Below, in pieces: positions 54,161 to 64,000 of a stretch of DNA of 64,000 nt. The DNA lies in contig NC_092671.1 of the NCBI RefSeq assembly GCF_964355755.1, forward strand, positions 10,478,001-10,542,000, written 5' to 3'. The notes under the pieces are model-generated. The model ran no database searches, was not told the DNA's origin, and saw only the letters and a list, made by a program, of their open reading frames with translations. Source of the stretch: Antedon mediterranea. Its lineage: Eukaryota > Animalia > Echinodermata. The position numbers were made by a program, and so were the translations under genes. Positions within the stretch are counted from its first letter, which is position 1. Each line of letters starts with the position of its first letter.

Positions 54161-54828
54161 GGGCGAGTGTTAAAGGTTTTATTTTGCAATAGTATCTATG
54201 AAATTATTCAAATATTCATACATCCTGACCACTAGAATATATTACATTGTATCGAAGGTCAATAGTAACTAAAGTTACGAGAGGATGAAAGTTTAAATAA
54301 ATGGTTATTGCAATTTATTAACAATATAAAGGCTGACCGTAGTACAATTAGTAGATGATTGTATATAAGATCATAAAGTCATTTACACACACAATTTTGT
54401 CTTGCAGTGTATTTGACAGTATTCAATAAAAGTTTTTTTTTTTATTGTAATACTGTACTGTACCACAGTATATAAATTACTTCCTATGTAATAATTATAG
54501 AGGAGATTCATAAGAAGATTATTTGGTAAAATATACAGTTTTTAATTCATTGTTCTTATTCAATCACATTGAAAATTTGAAAAAACTGTATGGGAATAGT
54601 CTTAGATTTTAAATATGGGTTAGGTTGTAACATTACTTATACAAATATATTTAAAAATGAAAAATACAATTTCAAAGGTATGTTTGTGAAGTATATGTAC
54701 TGTACTATCAAAATTCAAGGAATTATCTCACTCTTTTGACTACAATAGAGGGCTCTTTCTTTTCTTTCGAGCGAGCGAAAGAGAGCGACTCGAGCGAACA
54801 CACGCACGGAGCATGCAGAAATAACATA

Positions 54829-57800
54829 ATGGAAACGACAAAACAAAGTAAAGAAGACTATTTAAAACGATATTTATCGGGATACACAGAAGAAAAAAAG
54901 AAGCATAAGAAAAAAAAGAAACATTCAGTTATAAAACCAAGGTATTATAAGTCACAACTATATTTATATTTGACTTACTAGCTAGGCCTAGTTTTCATTA
55001 CCGTTTGTTTTCACGGCGGCGACAAGGCTTGCGTCCGCCTGTCTGTATGACATCAATGCCTCATTCGACAGGCCTAGGGTCAGCCATGCATGTCTCATTC
55101 ACTGTGCCGGTCATCATCTATCTAGCCTAGTCCCCATCGACATATATATACACTGCAATGTGCATAATATAATATGTATAGTGGTACTGCACTTTCGCAT
55201 TTATTTAGCCAATTTAAAAACATTCACCCGCTGCTTTTTCTCCATGTGCTAACAGTAACAGTAACTCACTGTTTTCTTTCCTTATTATTAACCTTACATA
55301 GTAAATGTAGTTTTTAATTGCACGAATAAATGATTAGGCCTATGTGGTTAGTGCACACATAGCCTTATCACACCTAACTGTATTCTTTATTTTTTGTTTT
55401 GACAGGACAAGAATATTTGATGATGACGTGGATTTATCTCAATTGAATCCAAATTCTGAAGATAAAGATGACGTTCTCTTCGTTGATGAAGCTCCTCAAG
55501 TTGCGGGTAAAACAGTTATTACTCAATAAAAAATAGCCTGATTTAAGCCCCTCTTCTAGCTTGAATTAACATTTAAAATATTGTCAGAACACATAGTTTA
55601 TAAGTGATGTTTATTTTAATTCTAATTATGTAAGTACTGTACAGTATTTAAATATGTTACTGTTATTTCTTTGCAGAAGTAGTTGATGAACGACCATTAG
55701 AAGAAATTGAACTTGAAAAATACAGAACAGGGAAAAAATGGCGTATAATTAATGATGATGAAGGTAAGAAATGTTACACAATTAAAAAAAATACAATTTG
55801 ATAAGCAACACAATTTTTAATAACCATTCTTCAAGCATATATCTTTGTATTTTCAGGAGAAAATCAGATTAACAGTGATGAAGAAGAAAAAATAAGGCTT
55901 GATAAAAAGTCTTACCAAAATAGGCGGCATGATAGCGATTCCGACCAATCTCCACCTAGAAAGAAAAATATGAGGCATGATAGTGATTCTGATCAATCAC
56001 CACCGAGGAAGAAAAATGTGAGGCATGATAGTGATTCGGACCAATCGCCAACTAGAAAGAAAAATGTGAGGCATGATAGTGATTCGGACCAATCACCACC
56101 AAGAAAGAAAAATGTGAGGCATGATAGTGATTCGGACCAATCACCACCTAGAAAGAAAAATGTGAGGCATGGTAGTGATTCCGACCAATCACCACCCAGG
56201 AAAAAGCAAAGTTTGAGAAAAAGTAGGGAGTCTGATCAATCGCCTAGAAGAAAGAAAAAAAGACAGCAAGATAGTGGATCTGATCAATCGCCACCGAGAA
56301 GAAGAAAACATTTACTTGACGATAAAAGTAAACACAAAGATGAAGGTTGTAAACTTAAAAAAACATTATCTGGTTAGTATACAGGCAAACGTCTTTAGTA
56401 ATTTACTTTTTTGGTTTTATTAATTAATTTTAATGTTTAATGTTTGTGTGCCCTCCATGCTTGAAAATTGTTATTTTACTGAAAATCTTTCGCTATTTTT
56501 TGTGTATGTTTCAATCTGATCTATTAAGGTTTACAGTATACAGAATAAAAATTTCCTAAATAATAAAGGTTTAAAAAATTAACAAAAGTAAATTGCGTTT
56601 TCAAAGGTAAATCGGCAGGCCTTCAAGACGCATCGTCAATGCGGATGGAAAATCAACAAAAACGGCAGTCTGATAAGGAGGCACTCGATAGACTTGATCA
56701 TGAAACGTCTGGAAAGAATGCTGGTAAGAATAATATATTTTTTTAAAGCACCAATTTTTTTTAAAGGGTAAATTAGGAGAATTAAGAGTTTGTTGATTTT
56801 AAAATGCATTAGTTCAAAACTAAGATTACAGAATAGAACTTCTGTCTATAATTATTCCATTTTGTTGCCCAATATTTGTCATATATAATATAATTCAATA
56901 CAGCACCTACTGTTTATTACATAGCACCCTCTATGGCCTTAGAATACTTTTATAAATCTAAACTTTTTTTAAGGTACTGTATATCGTGATAAAAGTGGAA
57001 AGAAAAGAGACTTGCATAAGGAAAAATTAAAACATGCAGAAGAATTAAAGAAGGAAGAGGAAGACTCCAAACAATTTAAGGAATGGGGTAAAGGGTAAGT
57101 TGTCTACTCATGAATAGCTGCACGATTCCATAATATACTAATAATGAATGTTTATGAGTGTAATGGTACAAATAATGAATGTTTATGAGTGTAATAGTAC
57201 AAATAATGAATGTTTATGAATAATGGTACAAATAATGGCATAATTGACTGTTCAATAGTGCATACTATTACATGCAATGTGACCCAATCGTCCAATCAAA
57301 TAACAGGAATTTATTTAGGTGTTAGAATGGCAATTATTTATAATGAACATGATTGATCATTCAATTTTCTCTTTTGTGGTATATTCACTATTAACATTTA
57401 AAATTAAATTCCAAATACATTTATTTCTAATTAAAAGCTTACATCTTGAGAAAAAGGATTTATATTCTGTATTATGAAGAAGTGAGTTGTGATATTTACA
57501 TTTCTTTTTGGACAAATAAAAGTTGTCTGTATCTGTGAAATCGTGACGTCCAAGCAACGTAGAACAGAAAGATAACAAACATTTGTGTTTTTATTTTGAA
57601 GAGTTGTTCAAACAAAGAAACATCAGGAGACTATAGTGGATCACATGAAGGAAATGGCAAAACCCTTCGCTAGGTATGAAGGCGATAGAGACTTAGAAGG
57701 GATGCTTAAAAACCAAGAGCGGGAAGGTGATCCTATGTTAGCGTTTATTAAGAAAAAATCAGCAAGGACAAACGCAAAAAATAATGTACCAGGTAAGGTT

Positions 57801-59667
57801 TGCAATGCCCAGTCGGTAGACTTAAAAATTTGCCTTGTCCGTGGCAGATCAAGGATAGACAGGGTCTAAAAATGGTAAAATGAAGGGCTGAGCTTAATAT
57901 GGAGGTGTGGTGGTGAGGGGGGGCTGGGGCGGATCCAGAGGGGGGGTCCACGGGGTCCGGACCCCCCTAAATTTTAAGGGTGCCCTTTTTTTAGAGGTTC
58001 AATATTTTATTCGTGTGACATATTTGTGTGTATATTAGTATGCACAGAGTAAGCTACACTAACCCCAAAAATAATAACAGAAATTTATCACAATGAGCGC
58101 GATGTTAAGTTACGGCGGCCGATCAAAGAGCATTGTGAGAGGTGGTGATCCGTGATGATCTCTACTTAAACTTCTAAAAATAGATCGTTTCGCATACTAC
58201 AGAGGGCGCATGTAAACTTTTTACGATTCAACTCCTCGTACGTTACCATGCGCGCTCTGTCATTGACGCGATTATTTGTCCATTGGTAAACACATTTTTA
58301 TGTATTATTATTCTGACAATAATTGAACTGTAAACATAATTCTTTTGAGTATTTGTTTATTTACATATCATTCCATCAGATCAACTATTTTTTATTTCCA
58401 TTACATCCAACCAAACATGTAAAAAATGTAGTTAAAATATCGTACTATCTACCGCGTACGACCATACGCGGTAGATTGTTTACTCAAAAATCATCGAACG
58501 GTCTTACACTATACTATTCAACCTTGTTTTTGTAGTTGAGCCTCTCATGACCTGGGATTTGTTTGTCTTCCTACGCCAAGATAATATAGTTCTACAAGCC
58601 ATGTGCTTTTTTCTCTGAGAAATATTTATTATAAGTGCCATTTGTTTACACAACGTTCGTGGCTAAAAACGATCATTTTCGGCAATGTTTTAGACCCTAT
58701 ATTTCGAAAACTACAAGTCAGATTTTCGTAATTCTTTCTTTATTGGAATATTGAAACAAAATACCAACAGATAATGTTTAAATTGGTTGAAAAATAACAA
58801 CTTTTAATTTTGCATCGTTATCCCTGCTAATAAAGTGTCATTTCCGGCGAACTAGAAAGGTGCCATTTATCATGGATTTTGCGTGCGAGAGTGCCATTTC
58901 CGGCCATCTAAGTGTGTCCTGTAACAAAATTCGCTTCGCCACAACCCCCACCATGGGGGGGCTGTGGCTCAAATACTCAATATCTGATGTGCCCTTTTTA
59001 TCGGCGGACCCCCCCCTCTCAACAATGTCTGGATCCGCCCCAGGGGGGGGGGGATGTTTGGATCCGACCCTGCTTGTAGGAAATGTGAGAATTTGGATAT
59101 TAAAATTTACTCAGTTTAATAACATGTTTTACTGTTCAATCAGTCAATTTGTACTTCTGTAAATTAAAAGATGGCTTGACAGTAAATAGAATGCAATTTT
59201 AACATCCTTTGGGAACGTTATTATTAATTTTATTTTTTTCATTTATTTATTTGACCAACAATTCATAATATAAAATATACAGAGATGAATTGGTCAGGGA
59301 CTGCTAAAGTAAATAAGATGACTATAACTACAAGAGTTAAGCTATGATTGTTCAGCGCTTAGAGTCGTCCTGCATTTTGCGCTATAGTAAATTGAACATT
59401 TTATTATTATTATTATTGTTTGAGCTGTGAAATGTCCATACAGTTTTATGTATATTTCGGTATGTATAATTTTCTTAACTGTTTATTTCAGAAAAACCAA
59501 AGTATAAAGGACGTGCACCACCCCCAAATAGGTTCAACATTCCTCCGGGATACAGATGGGATGGAGTGGACAGATCTAATGGATTTGAAAAGAAACATTT
59601 TGAAAGATTATCTAGTAAAAAAGCAATGGAAGAAGTGAAATATAAATGGAATGTTGAAGATATGTAA
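54829..59667 (+). CDS. BUD13: BUD13 homolog (RES complex splicing factor), 8 exons
   Basis: Exons 54829-54941, 55406-55507, 55677-55763, 55857-56373, 56607-56724, 56974-57094, 57602-57792, 59492-59667. [20 protein letters not shown] repeats, [47 protein letters not shown], terminal WNVEDM. Confidence 0.96.
57924..59043. mobile_element. hAT-like non-autonomous element in BUD13 intron 7
   Basis: CTGGGGCGGATCCAG...CTGGATCCGCCCCAG with subterminal GGACCCCCC, flanked by G-runs. A small relative lies at ~11438-11540. Confidence 0.75.
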
Positions 59668-60381
59668 CATTTCAACAAATGTTTGTTTGTGTTTCCCAGT
59701 TAATCTCTGAAATTGGTGAAAAATTTCAATGTCAGTTGAAGATGTTCCAGACTGGAATCCTATTCAACATTTTACTAGTCACATCATGTGAAATTATGAT
59801 TAATGGAAAAGAATATGAAAATATAGCTATTGCTATAGTTCTTAACAATTTTATACCTGTAAGATATGAACAATGATCGCCTGATCAGAATAGTGCAAGA
59901 AGTTAATCAAATGATTTAACATTTTTAAATCTCCATGAAAAGTAGCTGGAGGTTTTCCTTTGATTGTTGCTCACCTGGGTTGGTCATTACAGTAATTTAT
60001 TTTTTATATAATATGTACATTTAAAAAGTGTAAGATAAATGTCAATTAAATATGTTTGATGCGTTTATTATTTCTTTAATTTAAAGTCAAGTCAATAATA
60101 TGTAGCTGCCATAAAAAGTGAGATGAAGTCATACGCCGCGGCGTTCCATACTAAATAGCGCCACCACAACATCACGTTTGGTTTCTGAAATTATCGCGAT
60201 GCGATTTATTAAAAATTAAAGAGGCAGAGCCTAGGCCTAGAGAGCGGAAGTTGTGGGAGGAGTTCTAAGTTCTTTCGTTTTAAAACTTGTCTGATGTCCA
60301 ATTTATCTTGTTTTAGTTAATTCTTCTAAGGATTACATAACACCAAATCATTGATGAACCTTACTGTTTAAATCGGGCGAC

Positions 60382-63020
60382 ATGGAAGCGTTTCTTTCTA
60401 AAACAAAAAAGGAACTGTCGGTACGTAAAATATGCTAGGCACATGTTTACCTCACATTTGATTCGTCAGTCATATGTGTGTAAACAAAAGATTATCTCTT
60501 GTTCTGTGTGGTTGGTCACGTAGACGACTGGACCCATTATAAAGTCGATTTGCCCTACCTTTCCAACTTGGATACATGTGTTGTTTTAAAATTAAATGTC
60601 AAATTGTTCTGAAATACATTTATTTATTTATTTATTTTAAATTACTACTGTAATGCAGAGTAGAAGAATACAAGAAATATTAAGCTAAGCTAGGTACTGG
60701 TAGGGCTTGTTAAACATCATTAACTGAAACCTAAAAGACCCACCCAGATATTTAATGGATAGCGGTAGACTAACGATGATTAATCATTATTTATTGTTAA
60801 ATATTTCATTTTATTTTTTTTTCGATGTACTGTATTATTTTGTTCAATGAAGTTGTGCAATATTATTGAGTTACACTTACATTTTCTATGCTTCTTGCTT
60901 AAAAAGCCAAATAATTACAAAATGTTTAAGTTTTATCTTTATTTAGTATCAATACTTTATTTACAGATTTTGTAATTTTTGAATGTTCAATATCAATTAA
61001 AAAACTTTATTATTACAGTAAAAACTTGTTTTTTCTTTGCAAGCTCAATGTATTGACAATTAGGCTAACTGATCAAGCTATGTATTTGTATTGGTAATCA
61101 TATTCATACATTGTTGTCAAAGAATTTAAATCCCTTGGAATTCAAATCCTTGCTTTTTAAGCACCTACTGTAAACATAAACAAGAATATTTCTTACACAA
61201 AACGCTGCTCGCTTATTGTTATTGCTAAGGTCAAGTCTGGGGGTCACTTCATCACGCCTAGATACTTCAAGTATCCTATTACAAACAAAAACTTCAATGG
61301 ACTGTTTTGATAATAATTCAATGATTATCTGACAGAGAATTATATCATGGGACTCATAAATACCAGAATGCTTTGGGATTTGTCATTAGACTCTTTTCTC
61401 AGCCGTTTTTGGATTCAACAGGTGGTACCAATAAATTATAGTGGAGTTTCCATTTTAACAAAAATGTCAAAGTGTAGTACTATAAAGCTGCTTGATTTCA
61501 TCTAATGAATGAGTCATCTCGTGTGACGTAGCGGGCTAGAGCAGCAGCGTGAAAAACACCTAGTACTAAAAATTCCCATTCACTCCCCAAGGACATCTTT
61601 GTATACTGCCAGTTTTGTAAAAAAAACTTTATTTACAGTTACATACACTTTACAGTACTAATAATTTACTATACTAATACTACTGTACAGACTGAAGTGT
61701 TCTAGTTTATATACTAATGACATTTAATTGTACAGTTACTGTACAGATGATTCATGGAGTATTTGATTGAGTGTATCCTCTGTGTTTCATTTGTTAATTA
61801 AAGGAATGTTTCAAATTGTATTATACACTGTTTTCGTTTAATTAGTCAAGATTAAAGATTGAAAATTACATAATGACATTACACATTAAAATTATGCATA
61901 AAAAACTTCAAAAAGGCCTACAGTTGTACAGTATGTGATAATTAAAACAAATAAACAAGTGATTTTATTATGAGTGTAGGCTTTTATTTTGTTATACAGT
62001 AGTTAATTAATTTAGTATTTGAATATTTTAAAACAATACATTAATATTACTGGCACTCTTTATCCTTTTATTTTTTAAGGTGGATGGCAAATTTACAAAC
62101 TAAGATAAAGGCTGTTGTTAATAGTAATTTACAGACTACCGTTGTGTTTATTATTTGCCTAAGTTACTGTGGATGTTAAAGTTCAAACTACTGTAAGCCT
62201 ACTGATACTGATATTTTACTCATTAGAGTTGATAATGCTTGGTGTCCAAAGTCCTATATATTATCATTGTGGTTCACATCAAAGTTATTTGTCCTGCTGT
62301 AATCTTTGGAAACTGTTTCTTTTAGTTAAATTGTTATTTGAATTAAACATGTGTACTGTTACATTCTGTAATAAATGACATATACTGTACCCAACCCCAA
62401 CAATGCCACAAACTACAGTATAAATACAGTACAACGTTATAGTGATATATTGCACTACTAGGTGGCGTGTACTGTACCTTGTAAAGATAAAGTGCCAGAG
62501 ATAATGTAAAGAGGACACAGATAATAAAAGCGATGACATACAATGGTGAACTCTCTTTAATGTTTTTAGTCATGTCTCAATCTTATTAGCATTTATGTTT
62601 TTTAAAAGATTGTTCCCAGTGGGACATTATTTAAAAGGTCTGCTTTATTAATTTCTTTAGTAAAAAGAATAACTATGTATATTGAATAATGTAGACTGTT
62701 TAGATGCTATGCCAAAATTATTCTAATGCAGCTAAATGTTAAAAAAAACCAAAAAAAAAACAAAAAAACAAAACAATAACTACTACTAGAATAATTTTGA
62801 CATGATCTCTTATTCACATCACATAAATCATCACATAAGATAGTCTTTTTAAAGATTCATTTAATGATTACCATTTTCAATCATAAGATTGATATTTGCT
62901 GGTATTTATCTTTCTTAGGAATTAGCATCATTTAGCAAAATCAACGTTGTTCTTGGAAATGAGTCATGTGATTTGGACTCAGCAGTTAGCTCGATAGTTT
63001 ATGCTTTTTATCTATCACAG
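60382..63020 (+). CDS. PRUNE1: PRUNE exopolyphosphatase (DHH family), first two coding exons; gene continues beyond the window
   Basis: Exons 60382-60420 (MEAFLSKTKKELS) and 62919-63020 (ELASFSKINVVLGNESCDLDSAVSSIVYAFYLSQ) give DHH motif I, GNExCDLDS. An ETS-like GCGGAAGT lies at ~60244. Confidence 0.9.
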
Positions 63021-64000
63021 GTAAGGACATTTTACAATTTGAATTATTATTTTTGTATGTTAATTGTCAAGAATATTATTAATTGTATTTTTGTAATAAT
63101 TTCAAAAGACAATTTATTCCACAGGGAAGAAAGCATAATAACACTATATGATGATAAATCAATTTTATGTCAGAAAATTCTCACACTTTACAAAAATATT
63201 GGATCATCTAGAATTAATATGAATAACTGATAGTAGAACGCTTATTAAGAGGACAAATTCAGGACCCAACACATTTTTCCTTTTTCCTCTGATGATACAC
63301 ATTGTTTTTCATGAAAAAGTGTCCATTTTATAGTGAGTGTTCATTATAGATGTCCCCTGAATATTAAGAATGCCCTCTTAAAAGGGATGTCCCCTAAATA
63401 GAGGTTATTAGATGTAGTTAAAAAAAAACATATATACCATCATTCATTACTGTATATTTTAAGAGAAAGGGTTCCCATAGAGATATGCTGAATAGGGAAG
63501 TTCCCATGAATATGTCCACTGAATACTGTACATGTGGGTTCCACTGTACAACAGTTTAAATGTATGAAACATTTTAAAATAATATACAGTATTTTGTTTT
63601 GTATCTAAATCCTTCAAAATAAATTTTTGTAGTATGATGCAAACAGATACGCTTGAGTAGCATTAGAATAATATTCAGAATACATAACACAATGATGATT
63701 GATTATTAAAGTCTTGAGTCAATCCTAATCAATACCTAGCATTGTAATGCGCTTTAATTAAAGGGAGTACAACCACTTGCTTCACACTGTAATAACGGTC
63801 ATATTGAAGTACAGTAGTCATAAGGAACATTTAAAATACATGCTCTTTCATTTTATTTATTAATATTTTTTTACCACAATTTACTAAATAGTCATAATCA
63901 CTTACATTTACTTTTTTTAATCAATCCCATCGGATATGAATATTCTCATTCATCCATATAGTATTAGGTTTAGAAATATATTAATCAATCCTATCAAACA

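Overview
Eukaryotic, AT-rich, intron-containing genomic DNA, most likely from a marine invertebrate (deuterostome/echinoderm-like; the taxon is an inference). Manual GT-AG splicing gives seven protein genes: a single-domain ACE with a GPI-like tail (+), a PEX39/C6orf226-like protein with an extra unknown N-terminal domain (+), a small Ig-domain gene (-), an SLC20/PiT phosphate transporter (-), an SLC37A1/2-like sugar-phosphate/Pi exchanger (+), BUD13 (+) and the first two exons of PRUNE exopolyphosphatase (+). Introns carry decayed LINEs, a tRNA-derived SINE, many MITEs and several foldback elements with 8-9 bp TSDs whose arms are built of, or enclose, tandem repeats. Highlights: three phosphate-handling genes within about 31 kb, two of them head-to-head; the extended PEX39; a minimal Penelope-type hammerhead ribozyme in an SLC20 intron with a broken sister copy in SLC37; a polarised 15-bp minisatellite with 15 CACGTG boxes; and TAGGCCTA-rich first introns that collect transposons. 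All calls are by eye, with no database search.
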